From: Thermoplasmatota archaeon
Lineage (GTDB): Archaea > Thermoplasmatota > JAKEGO01
Direction of reading: 5' to 3'
Assembly (NCBI GenBank): GCA_028279595.1
Contig: JANQNK010000003.1
Coordinates: forward strand, 224,001 to 288,000
DNA: 64,000 nt
Shown: positions 18,301-27,500 of the stretch, piece after piece
Layout of the letters: each line of letters starts with the position of its first letter
How positions within the stretch are numbered: the first letter of the stretch is position 1
Notes under the pieces: model-generated
What the model was told of the DNA's origin: nothing
Databases searched by the model: none
The model's input: the letters and a program-made list of their open reading frames with translations, nothing else
Position numbers and translations under genes: made by a program

Positions 18301-20918
18301 TCCCTAGTCTCCTTGAGCGTCTTGACGTTCAGGACGTCCTGATGAAGGACGGAGTACTTGTCTGTGGCTCCTTTGGGGAGGGATGAATGGGCGATCAGGT
18401 CGTACCGTTTCGTCTCCGGGTTCCTCATGTAGAACGCCTGCGGACCCTCACCCAGCCACTGGGCAGTCCAGCCGACGAGAGCGTTCCCCGCCTCGCCGGT
18501 GTCCGGAGCGGCGGCAAGCTTGAGCGCCAACTCCTGGAAAGAGCCCATCGCCTCCATCTGGGATGACATGGATGACTCCGTCTCGCTGGCCTTCGCCTCC
18601 AGCTTCGCGGTGTAACCCTCGATCTGCCTCTCCATCTCGATACGCCGCGTGACGTCCCTGGCGACTCCGATCAGGACGGTACCGGCAGGGGTAACACCCT
18701 GTCTCCTCAACCCCTCCACGACGGGATCGGCGACGACGGACTCGAACACCTCCAGCATCCTCTCCCCGTCGGGGGTCTTGACCGTTATGAAAGCCGGCGT
18801 ATCGTCGCTCGCCGGCCTGTCCGTGAAGAGGGTCTTCGCGACCCTGTCCTCCTCCTCGGCTATGATGGTCGAAGCGCTGACCGGCGTGTCGTCCACGCCG
18901 AGCATGCTCTTTCCCGAAGGGGTCAGGTACTGGATGTCCCCCTTGGAGTCCCGGATGTAGACGATGTCAACAAGGGCATCCTCGACCGCGGACATGATGT
19001 CGGTCATCCCGGAGAGCTTCTGAAGGCTCTCCTCGATGGTCCCGGTGGCCTCGGCCTTCTCCTTCTCGGTGGTGCTCCTGAGCTCCTCGATCTCGCCCTC
19101 GAGCTTTCCCGCGTACTCCTTGAGCTTCTTCTGCAACTCCTTCTCGGGCGTGTGGTCGAGCAGGACTGCGGTGACGTTCTTCCCGGTCCTGTACGACGTG
19201 ATCTGAACGGGGACCTTCTGCCCGCCGATCTCGTACTCCGCCACCGTGGAGAACCTTCCCTCCTTGATGAAGTCCCTCAGGACCTTCCTGTCCAGGCCGA
19301 GGGCCTCGGTCAGGCGCATGCCCGTACCGTCGACGCCCGTAAGTTCGGTTGCGCTCTCGGGCCACATGACGACCTCCTCCTCGTTGGCAATTATGAGGGC
19401 AAGGCCGCTCTGGGTCAGCGCGTCGCGATCGCGCATCAGGGACATCGCTTCGGACCGCGTCTTCTCGATCCTGACCTCGAAGTCCGTTATGTCCGTGAAT
19501 GTGAGTATCCTTCCGCCTTCCGTCCTGCCGACCCTCACCTCGTACTGCTTCCCGTCGTGCGAGAACTCGGCGCTATCAGTGCCCTCCTCGACGAGGAGCG
19601 GCGCGAGAGCCTTGGAGAGGTCTGCGATCTTCGATCCCCCCGACACCCCGAACGTCTCTCCGGCCGTCGAGGAGAACGATGTTATCGTTCCATCCACATC
19701 CACGAGCATGACGGGCGTCGGCATGCTCCCGATGGTCGCGGAGAGGTCGGCCATCTCCCGCTCTCCGGTGAGGTCGTACCAGACGAGGTGGAACAGCGCT
19801 CCTCCCTCCGACGTGGTGACCTCCAGCCTGTGAACGGTGCCGGCGAACGGCAGTTCCGCGGTCGCCCTGCCATCCTTCGCCGCGACCTCGAGGACGTCGA
19901 AGACCGCCTGTCTCGAGTCGCCCTCGAGGACCTCGAAGAGTGACCCATGCTTGACACCCACCAGCTTCTCGGCTGCGGGATTCATGAATGCGATCTCGCC
20001 TCCCGTCCGCAGTATCGCCATCGGGTACTCCGCCCTCTCGGCGAGTACCCTGTACGACTCCGAACTCGCCTTCACCCTCGCGTCACGGACCTCCTTCTCC
20101 AGGTATCCGCTGATGACGTCGGCGAGGAGCTCCATGGTGTTCTTCAGGGCCGGCGTGAACGAGTCCGGCTGGAAGGATCCGAATGTGACCGCTCCCTGGA
20201 CCTGGCGTTCGACGATGAGGGGATAGGCTGCGTCGGCCTTCACGCCGTCCTCCATGTGGAGGCTGTCGATGGGAAAGAGGTTCTTCTCCTCCTCCAGGGA
20301 CTGTCTGACGACCGGCTGCCTCGAAGACACCACACCGCTGAGGTGGGTGTAGTTCGGAGGTATGATCAATCCCGCGCGGCTCACCTGCTTGTCCCTTACC
20401 CAGCTGTGGATGACCGAGAACTGGTTGATGTCAGCGCTGTACGTGTAGGTGGTCACTGAATCGATGGCGAGGGAGGAGACCTCGTCGAGGACCTTTCCGA
20501 GGAACTCGTCCATGGACTTGGAGGAAAGGAGATACCGGAATATCGAGAGGTACTCCGATGTCATCGCGGACGCCGGTGTCCCGCTTATGATGACGACCGC
20601 CCCCTCCGTACCGTCCATCCCCTTGAACTCGGTCCATCTTGTGGACATGTCGACGGGGGTCATCCCCCTCCGCTCGATGGGGACCGACAGTTCCGCGACC
20701 CCCTGCTTCCGGAGCTCCTCCGCCACCGCGCGGAGGGTCTCCTCCCGGACCGCCTCGGGGAAGAGGACCTCGAACGGCATGCCGAGCAGCTCCGCAGCGG
20801 TCCATCCGAGACCTCGGACCCGCTCGGTGCAGTACCAGACCGCTCCGTCCTTGTTCAGGATGATCATGATGTCGGGTGTCGCTTCGAGGACTGCCTCGAT
20901 CATGCCCTTTTCGTACAA
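15309..20918 (-). CDS. Giant cytoplasmic PAS/GAF multi-sensor protein with coiled-coil spacers and no recognisable output domain
   Basis: About 10 divergent PAS-like units (e.g. IVHPEDAD...EYRVLRKDG..VYVSE), about 3 GAF-like units (e.g. AAYPLIVERQVQGAVTFGS) and heptad-rich linkers. No H-box, HATPase, HTH or TM. Start is TTG 20918 or ATG 20903. Confidence 0.8.
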   Translation of the reverse strand: MYEKGMIEAVLEATPDIMIILNKDGAVWYCTERVRGLGWTAAELLGMPFEVLFPEAVREETLRAVAEELRKQGVAELSVPIERRGMTPVDMSTRWTEFKGMDGTEGAVVIISGTPASAMTSEYLSIFRYLLSSKSMDEFLGKVLDEVSSLAIDSVTTYTYSADINQFSVIHSWVRDKQVSRAGLIIPPNYTHLSGVVSSRQPVVRQSLEEEKNLFPIDSLHMEDGVKADAAYPLIVERQVQGAVTFGSFQPDSFTPALKNTMELLADVISGYLEKEVRDARVKASSESYRVLAERAEYPMAILRTGGEIAFMNPAAEKLVGVKHGSLFEVLEGDSRQAVFDVLEVAAKDGRATAELPFAGTVHRLEVTTSEGGALFHLVWYDLTGEREMADLSATIGSMPTPVMLVDVDGTITSFSSTAGETFGVSGGSKIADLSKALAPLLVEEGTDSAEFSHDGKQYEVRVGRTEGGRILTFTDITDFEVRIEKTRSEAMSLMRDRDALTQSGLALIIANEEEVVMWPESATELTGVDGTGMRLTEALGLDRKVLRDFIKEGRFSTVAEYEIGGQKVPVQITSYRTGKNVTAVLLDHTPEKELQKKLKEYAGKLEGEIEELRSTTEKEKAEATGTIEESLQKLSGMTDIMSAVEDALVDIVYIRDSKGDIQYLTPSGKSMLGVDDTPVSASTIIAEEEDRVAKTLFTDRPASDDTPAFITVKTPDGERMLEVFESVVADPVVEGLRRQGVTPAGTVLIGVARDVTRRIEMERQIEGYTAKLEAKASETESSMSSQMEAMGSFQELALKLAAAPDTGEAGNALVGWTAQWLGEGPQAFYMRNPETKRYDLIAHSSLPKGATDKYSVLHQDVLNVKTLKETRDTVTMAPEEGLDIADGDLTHVPIFSGKDMVGVLVTGGAPPEGVLLTAVKTNVGIFFNRLVGSEELDTRTGVLRAVMSMQKAVITPADNDSIISGSMGHLVELTNCDAAVLTVEDGSPRVYGIYPDGALDIEPGTAVDMPIAQLTELVNLGQLMVKDLSADGSTTEFETTLNGAGVGFIMVMPVMKGEDLVGSIYLCRKEGDHFTRRERATALDLSDVASIAVDRGFTYGTVASLSSENEAFSTMFDGVGDATEDGTYMALEGVFVNANDKLAVITGRDRDGLIGSEVADIIADEDRERVRDALSSAGEAGGKGSSFMVTGLLEDGKDVPLRMSFAPTLHDGRPAVMGFVRDISSSVQAEVDIEEARSARRSAEADHRRLLDGIPDAVIVHTVTDEGSPGDIVEVNEGAASLFGHKAGKLRGMPLVELISEEGRAAIPEIMGSLLADGAMDYSMDVIGADGRSIPASMRSVLSTEDGVHTAVTTLRDRTADLTERKELERELGSKATELEGDIDRVMAERDGLIESALDPILTIDGSGKITSANAAASILTGRPVDEILGKRLGQLAVEEDRTGLSEAIGRAAKGESRELPLRIERPAGGPGHTWTKLTPAGPDSDQILGFMRDVTDSTGKGDDLRSEIETLKGKIGEMHTTVEDREREIAMNGEIMESLSELYLRVSKERRIVHANGAFLETTGFTASDIEGTMWHDIVPVVKKGEADTALGSSDTFEFPILMKTGGDLQVEWRVVRGPEAMHLIGSPIKERIAAAAEPGTVHFRMSTGGELEEVTGDTERLLGYESDEAMGIPYFLTKIVHPEDADHLKKKLLKLIKFKEFEPNDEYRVLRKDGRTVYVSEHLEAIYDGSGKLIGVHGDLSDATGDRAERDNLSGRINFLKSVIDSLPGMGVVVIDVDRTVLHMSARASTMLGAPEEAIVGSPVERLVTERREFIETMKDALREGRAATKITAAMTEGRKRFHANVCPRRVGNEIKGYILTVSPMV

Positions 20919-20999
20919 GCGTAATCCCCCTTGCGGGAACGCAATGGCGACGGCATTATAACTTACTTTTGGAACGTGGCGCCGGAACTCCTGGGAGCG

Positions 21000-21113
21000 T
21001 CAGAACCTGGCGATCATCCTCGACCCACACTTCTTGCATCTGGTCATGAACGAGATGTACTCCGTCCATTTCGACCTCTGCCATTGATGGCCGCACCTCA
21101 GGCACTTCACCAC
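21000..21113 (-). CDS. 37-aa zinc-ribbon microprotein (CxxC-x18-CxxC)
   Basis: GTG 21113 to TGA 21000 gives MVKCLRCGHQWQRSKWTEYISFMTRCKKCGSRMIARF. GGAGGT SD lies just upstream and a TTTATCTA TATA-like box further up. Too short for the ORF track. Confidence 0.75.
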   Translation of the reverse strand: MVKCLRCGHQWQRSKWTEYISFMTRCKKCGSRMIARF

Positions 21114-21174
21114 GGTACCTCCGGTGTCCTTGGATGTCTGATGAGATAGATAAACCATTCACTGCGAGGGCCGA

Positions 21175-22638
21175 TCAACGGACGAAGGACTCGTGCATCC
21201 ACCTGTTCTCGATCCTCGAGTAGTAGACGTAGGTCCCCGCGAGGATGTAGATTGCTATGCCCATGAGCATGAACTGGACCAGGTCCTGGTACTCGTCCCT
21301 GCCGAGCACTCCGTACAGCGCGGCAGCCATGCTGAGCGGCAGCGCGCCGAGGACGGTGAACAGTGCCAGGAACTTCGGCTCGAGGAGCATCTCCGCCGTC
21401 CGGAATCCCGTGAGGTAGGCCATGACCACACCCATGAAGACGGACCCTATCAGGACTATCGGAAGGGCGACGAACATCGCCATGGCGTCGACGAAGAGGA
21501 GCCCGATGCCCACGGCCATGAGGACCGAGACCAGTGCGGACATCATGAAGTGTAGCTTGAGCTTCGCCCTGATCACGTCCGCCGGGGAGATGGGCAGGAC
21601 CTGGTAGCTGTTGAGGTAGTCCGAACCCGAGATCATGTAGTAGATGAGCATCCCGAAGAAGCCCATCGTCAGTGCGTAGAACTCCGGTCCGAAGGCGAGC
21701 TCGTCGGAGATCGTGTCGGACAGGATCTTGATCATGAACAGGGCGCCCATGGGCATGACGAAGGTGAATGCGATCTTAGCCGTGCCGCCGGAGCGCTTCA
21801 TGTCGAGGAACTCCTTCGCCACGAGGAGGCTGTCGAACCCTGTGAACGAGAACCGCTCCTCCGTCCTGTCGAGTATGCTCTCCGCCGTGTGCTCCTTGGA
21901 CTCCCACTTCTCCTTGGAGAACGCGATGGCCATCGCGGAAAAGGCCATGATGGCCGAGAAGCTCATCATGCCGAGGGCGAACGCCGTTCCGATATCGGCT
22001 CCGGAATACTTCAGGAGGTTGAGCCCGACCGGAGGCACTATCCACTTGACCGGGATGTCGGCCAGGACCGCCAGGACCACGAGGGCGCCGAGGGAGCCGA
22101 TGAGTGCCGACCCGAGCCCCTTTGACCTGATGTAGGCCATTGATATAGCGAAGGCGAGGGCGAATCCCAGGGTGAACGTCAGGAACATGCAGCCTGCGAG
22201 AACAGCGACCCCGATCACGGTGAAGTCCGTCATGGGAAGCGCCGCAGCCCCGAGGAGGCCTATAGATATCGGTGCCAGGATGATCGTGCTGTAGAAGAGG
22301 ATGTCCTTCACGTAGATCAGGAAGTAGATCCTCTTCACCTCGATGGGGAGGTAGGGCTGTTGCGCCACCAGGAGCTTGATGTCGCCGAAGCGCTTCTCGG
22401 CGATCTCCGGTGCCATGAAGGCGAACCCGCCGAGGATGAGCCCCGTCATCATGACGCTCATCTGGAGGAGGAGAACCATCTGCCTGACGTCCATCTCGGG
22501 GACGAGCGTTCCCTGGAGGACCCCGCCGAAGAAAACTCCGATGAGGATCAGCACGGGAAGGAGGATGAAGTTCTGGCCGCCAATGGCTATGTGCATCCTG
22601 TACTCTTCCTTCCACAGTGTCCTCAGGAGCTCCGCCAG
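21175..22638 (-). CDS. Multi-pass membrane protein, probable ABC exporter permease
   Basis: About 12 hydrophobic segments in two halves, each with a ...LP(I)...(I/V) motif, directly downstream of an ABC ATPase. The ORF-track start is 22596; an in-frame CTG at 22638 follows a GGGGTGA SD. Confidence 0.75.
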   Translation of the reverse strand: MAELLRTLWKEEYRMHIAIGGQNFILLPVLILIGVFFGGVLQGTLVPEMDVRQMVLLLQMSVMMTGLILGGFAFMAPEIAEKRFGDIKLLVAQQPYLPIEVKRIYFLIYVKDILFYSTIILAPISIGLLGAAALPMTDFTVIGVAVLAGCMFLTFTLGFALAFAISMAYIRSKGLGSALIGSLGALVVLAVLADIPVKWIVPPVGLNLLKYSGADIGTAFALGMMSFSAIMAFSAMAIAFSKEKWESKEHTAESILDRTEERFSFTGFDSLLVAKEFLDMKRSGGTAKIAFTFVMPMGALFMIKILSDTISDELAFGPEFYALTMGFFGMLIYYMISGSDYLNSYQVLPISPADVIRAKLKLHFMMSALVSVLMAVGIGLLFVDAMAMFVALPIVLIGSVFMGVVMAYLTGFRTAEMLLEPKFLALFTVLGALPLSMAAALYGVLGRDEYQDLVQFMLMGIAIYILAGTYVYYSRIENRWMHESFVR

Positions 22639-22642
22639 ACCA

Positions 22643-23395
22643 TCACCCCTCGTAATCGAAACCGTCCATGTAATACTGGTCCGCGCCGCCGACGAGCCTC
22701 ATGAAGATCTGCTCGAGGTTCTCGTTCGGTCGGCTCCTGAGCTGGGACATCGTCCCCTCTCCGATCATGACACCCCTGTTGATGATCGCAAGCCTGTCGC
22801 AGAGCTTCTCGGCGATCTCCAGGATATGGGTGTTCATGAAGATGGTGCCTCCCCTCTGGATGTAGTTGGCCAGGTAGGCCCGCACCTTCCTCTGGAAGAT
22901 CGGGTCGAGGTTGATGAAGGGTTCGTCGAGGAAGACGAGCGAGGTCTCGGGCATCAGCGTCGCCGCGAGCATGACCTTCTGCCTCATCCCCTTTGACAGG
23001 TCCTTGCAGAGCGTCTCCCGCTTCTCCTCGATCTTGAAGAAGTCGATCCACTCGCCGATCTTACCCTCGAAGTTCTCCATTTCCCTTATGCGGGCGACGA
23101 AGTAGAGGTACTCCTCGACGGTGAGGAAGCTGGGAGGCGACTCCGTCTCCGGCATTATCGCGATCTCCTTCTTGACCTTGAAGGGGTCCTGCATGACGTT
23201 GAAGTTGAAGATGAACGCGTTCCCGGAGGTCGGGGCGATCTGGCTGGTGAGGATCTTCAGGAGCGTGGTCTTGCCCGCACCGTTCGGTCCGCACAGGCCG
23301 TAGAAGGAGCCCTGGGGGATCGACATGCTAACCCCGGAGAGGGCGGTGAAGTCCCCGAACTGCTTGACGATGTTCTCCGCGACTATGACCTTCAT
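22643..23395 (-). CDS. ABC transporter ATP-binding protein (ABC-2/drug-exporter type)
   Basis: Walker A GPNGAGKTT, signature LSKGMRQK, Walker B VFLDEP, H-loop NTH. Confidence 0.95.
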   Translation of the reverse strand: MKVIVAENIVKQFGDFTALSGVSMSIPQGSFYGLCGPNGAGKTTLLKILTSQIAPTSGNAFIFNFNVMQDPFKVKKEIAIMPETESPPSFLTVEEYLYFVARIREMENFEGKIGEWIDFFKIEEKRETLCKDLSKGMRQKVMLAATLMPETSLVFLDEPFINLDPIFQRKVRAYLANYIQRGGTIFMNTHILEIAEKLCDRLAIINRGVMIGEGTMSQLRSRPNENLEQIFMRLVGGADQYYMDGFDYEG

Positions 23396-23414
23396 GAGGG
23401 GACATCACGGGTAC

Positions 23415-23424
23415 TTTATATAAA
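23415..23424 (-). promoter_or_regulatory. TATA box (TTTATATAAA) of the ABC operon
   Basis: Strong TATA about 20 nt upstream of ATG 23395, implying a very short or absent leader. Confidence 0.6.
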
Positions 23425-23462
23425 AATACTTTTAGAAACCCTTCCCGTTCTCCGAAGTCGGC

Positions 23463-24332
23463 TCATCCCTTCCCCTTTCGTTTCTGGGTACCTCTCTTCG
23501 ATCTGGTCCCAGACGGGGGATACCTGGTCGTCGTCATCCCGGCCGACCTGTACACAAGGTAGAAGCCGATGATCGAGATGACGGACCCAGCCACCAGCTG
23601 CCAGATTGGCGGTACATCCCCATGGTCGAACAGGAGCATTGCGTTCCCGATCGACAGGACCACCGCTGAACACCCGATCCTCCGCCGAACCCTGTATGCT
23701 CGACGGGTGGCGGCCTTTCCCTCTTTCACGGCAACGATGATGATCGCGTGCAGGACGAGGATCGCGCTCAGCAGTTCTATGAGCTCCTCGGAGAGCACCG
23801 AGCCCCCCTCCGTGAGGTCCATCACCTCGCCCCCGGCCAGGATGATCAGTCCCAGGGTGAGTATGATGGCGGCCGTCCTGTGTCTGACGACCGCACGCCA
23901 CAGGAGGGGAAGGAAGAGCAGGAGGAACGGGATGGCGAACATGAGGGTACCGGCGAACGATTCCCTGAGCCACAGGTCCCAGTTGTTCTCCATGAAAAGC
24001 ATCAGCACCGCGCTCACGAAGACCCCTGAAGGCACGATCTTCGGCATGAGCTCGTCAGCCCAGCCTGCCGGTGAGATGACGATCCCTTCCCGTCCACGCG
24101 CGTCCACCCACATTGGAACGCACAAGGCCACGATCAGGATGTAACAGATCCTCGTAACTATCTCGGGCGGCATGTACTCGCCCTCGATCCCCAGGTCGTT
24201 TAGCCCGGACACGTTGGCGGCGAGGGCGTAGACGAAGACCAGGAACAGGCTTACCGAGAGGTAGTAGACGACTGACATCTCGGACGGTCCCAGCAGTGGT
24301 TTTCGCTTTGGCTCGGGCCTTCTCCTCGACAT
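23463..24332 (-). CDS. Uncharacterised multi-pass membrane protein
   Basis: About 8 hydrophobic helices with basic N- and C-termini. Start set at ATG 24332 after GGGGAG. Confidence 0.7.
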   Translation of the reverse strand: MSRRRPEPKRKPLLGPSEMSVVYYLSVSLFLVFVYALAANVSGLNDLGIEGEYMPPEIVTRICYILIVALCVPMWVDARGREGIVISPAGWADELMPKIVPSGVFVSAVLMLFMENNWDLWLRESFAGTLMFAIPFLLLFLPLLWRAVVRHRTAAIILTLGLIILAGGEVMDLTEGGSVLSEELIELLSAILVLHAIIIVAVKEGKAATRRAYRVRRRIGCSAVVLSIGNAMLLFDHGDVPPIWQLVAGSVISIIGFYLVYRSAGMTTTRYPPSGTRSKRGTQKRKGKG

Positions 24333-24500
24333 GCTCCCCCGGAATCGTATGCATGGGGCAGTGAAAAGGTTATCCATCAGCCATTTCTAAACTATTAAAT
24401 ATCCAGGCGTCGATTGACATGTCGTTCCGGGACCCCGCCTGGGTGCGAGGTGCCCCAGGGCTATCGCCGTACGGGGTCCGGACCGATGCAGGTGACGAAA

Positions 24501-27500
24501 ATGAAGAGAGCGATAACTATCTGTCTGCTAGCGGTCGCATTCCTTGCGGTCGTTGCGATGTTCATGCCCGGAGCGGAGGCAGTGAACAGGACGTGGACCG
24601 GGTCCACGAACACTGCCTGGGCGAACGGCAACAACTGGAACCCGACAGGGGTTCCGTCGTCGTCCGACCACGTGTTCATACCGAACGTTGCGAACGATCC
24701 GGTGATCTCCGTGGACGCCGAGACGAACAACCTCAGGCTCAATGCCTCGGCACACCTTTCCGTCGATGGGGCGACCCTCGACGTGAACGGTGAGACGTAC
24801 ACGGTGTCGGGCTCGGAGATCGACCTCACCAACAACGCGACGATCGTACATTTCCGCGGGATCGTCCATGCCTACGGAGCGGTGAACTGTTCGGATTCCA
24901 CGACGACGGTCCACTGTCATGACAGCTTCTACATGCACAACAACTACATCTCCGGTCTCTCGACGATCTATGCCGAGGGTTCCGGTTCGTATTACTTCTA
25001 CCAGGGCGGGGCGACGAAGGATTACTACGACTTCGTCGTCAACGGCTCGTCGACCGATGCCAGGATGTCCGCCCCATGGTCGGTCGTAAAGAACAACCTG
25101 ACTGTCGCCGACGGGGTCTTCGACCCGTACGCGCGGACGACCTTGATACGGGGCAACCTCATTGTGGACGGCGAGCTCGAGATGTCCCGGGCGGCGGACG
25201 AGATAATCGTCAAGGGCGACATCCATTTCAACAACGGGAGCACGACCGACGTGTCCACTGGTGTCCTGTCCTGCTGGGGCGAGTGGTACATCAGGGACAC
25301 AGCGGAGATGCAGTTCACTGGCAGCCACGAGAGCATCATGAACGGGTCGACGATGACATGGCACACGATGGAGTGCCACAGTCCGGACAGTCACTTCAAC
25401 ATGCTCTCGATCGAAAAGACTGGGAACAACGTGGAACTCGCCGGAACGGAGCCCGTGAACGTCACTGACGATCTCAGGATAGAAATGAGCGTCCAGAACC
25501 AGATATTCGACGTTTATCACGGAGGCCTTGTCGTCCATGGAGACGTCGCAGTGAACAGGGGAGGTTTCGAGTTCTGGGGCGTCGGCGTGGCGGACGTCAT
25601 GGGAAATGTGACCGTGGCAACGGTCGGGAAGATCCGTTTCGAGAACGTGGGACGCCTGAACGTCGGTCGGAACCTCACCCTCAACGGAGACCTGTTCTTC
25701 AGCCACACCAACGGAGGCACGACCTCCGTGGATGGTATCACCTGGATCCAGAACGGCGGGCAGATCGTATACAATAGCCAGTTCGGCGAGTTCCTCGCCG
25801 GGGGTGCGATCTACCTCAACAACACATGCTCGATCGACATGTCCGCTGGCAATGCATACCTGAACCAGACCCTGAACAGCTTCTTCTATGTCAGGGACCT
25901 GGTCAACCTCAGGAACGACGACGCCCGCCTCAATATCGGACACATGTGGATAACTGGCGGCGGACATGTGAATTGCCATGGTTACTCTCCCGAGATCGGA
26001 GTGAAGAACCACTGGTACGATTACGGGACGTTCACCCACGGTACGTCCACCGTGACCTTCACCGAGACCTGGACATTCCTATACAACGAATTCGCCTTCT
26101 GGAACGTCGTCGTCGACAAGTTATGGAAGATGCAGCTGAGCGATGACACGACGATCAACGGGACGTTGGTGGTCGACGGCGGGACGCTGGACATCTACGA
26201 CGAATCCCTCAGGGTCAACGGCAGCGGACCACTCAACTATGGAGGTACGGATTACACCGGTCTCGTCGTCCTCGACGGCGCGATCGAGATGGACGACGCA
26301 GCGGACTTCATAGAGGTCAACAGCGATGTCTACTGGGGTGCAGACTCGACGGCCATCATTACCAACGGAACCATCAACTGTACCGGCAACTGGACCTTCG
26401 CTTCCGGGTCGGATGTCAACCTGACCGGAAGGAACACCGTCAACCTCAACGGGAGTGTGAACCTGGTCTTCTCTGGAGACCTCGACCGTTACCTCTGGAC
26501 CAATTCGACATCGTCGAGTTTCAACCACCTGAACATCACCGGATGGGGGACCATTTTCGGTGACGAGGTCGTCACATGGATCGACGGTACCGAGACGGTG
26601 GTGGTCGACGGCCACCTCAGCAAGTTCGGTAGAGGTGGCGACGTGATCATGGGCTCGTCGGCGTTCGAGGTCTGGGGGAACGTCAACATCTCCGAGGGTC
26701 TGATATGGCTCGACGGTCCGGGCTCCATCGACGTACACGGGGACCTGTTCGTCTACGATGACATCGGAGGAGTTTCCGATGACGGGACCTTGTGGTTAGG
26801 GGCGAACGCCACAAAGACCGGCGAAGGCACAGTCGATGTGGCCGGAAGGTTCTGGACCTCGGGCAGAGTTTCGTTCCGCGGGCTTGGCGGGAACCTCACG
26901 GTTGCCGAGTACCTCACCATTGCGTCAATGGGCGGCCTGGAGTTCGTCGGGACCGCCGGGAACATCTCGACCCATACGATCTACAAGGAAGGGGGAAGCG
27001 GATTCGCGATCTACTCCAACGATACCACGATCGACGTGCACGACCTCATAGTCAACACGAGCATGGTGGTCGGGAAGCGTAAGACCCCGACATTCCTGAT
27101 CTCGGGCGACTTCGACTGGGCGGGTTCCCTGTGGATCGAGCCAGGCCACTCCGAGTTCAGGCTCGATGGGACCGGGAGCCAGACAATGGACAGCGGGTTC
27201 ACCTACTGGGGCGTCGTCATCGACAAGCCGTCCGGGGATGCGGACTGGGATGGTCACATCTTCGTGGAGAGCTACTTCGCGGTACACCGGGGCGGTTTCG
27301 AGCTGGACAACAAGGTGTTGAGGGTGTACGGCAATGGAACGACGGCGGACGGTTACTCCAGGGGGACCGGTCTCTTCCGCGGGTTCATCGTCGAGGACGC
27401 CTACTTCAACATGACCACTGCCAATGCCAACCTGTGGGTACGGACGGTATATCTCTTCTCCGGAAGCAAGGGCAACTTCAGCGACGGTCAGATCCATTGC

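Noticed and set aside
15-20961. Numerous plus-strand ORFs over the signalling cluster (e.g. 15849-17360, 12540-13478, 1308-1877)
   Set aside because: Antisense shadows of strongly supported minus-strand genes, as expected at high GC.
20956-21162. 68-aa minus-strand ORF from the track
   Set aside because: It has no SD or recognisable motif and overlaps the better supported 37-aa zinc-ribbon ORF in another frame.
23463-24332. Membrane protein divergent from the PEFG array as the cognate archaeosortase
   Set aside because: I could not find the C-x-G, N-x-x-R and downstream His/Arg motifs in the expected order. A profile search would settle it.
24414-24500. Upstream TTG/ATG extension of paralog A (likewise the longer starts at 3031, 5976, 11920, 45698 and 57599)
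   Set aside because: The extensions precede the SD or signal peptide or overlap promoter elements; the downstream ATGs fit better.
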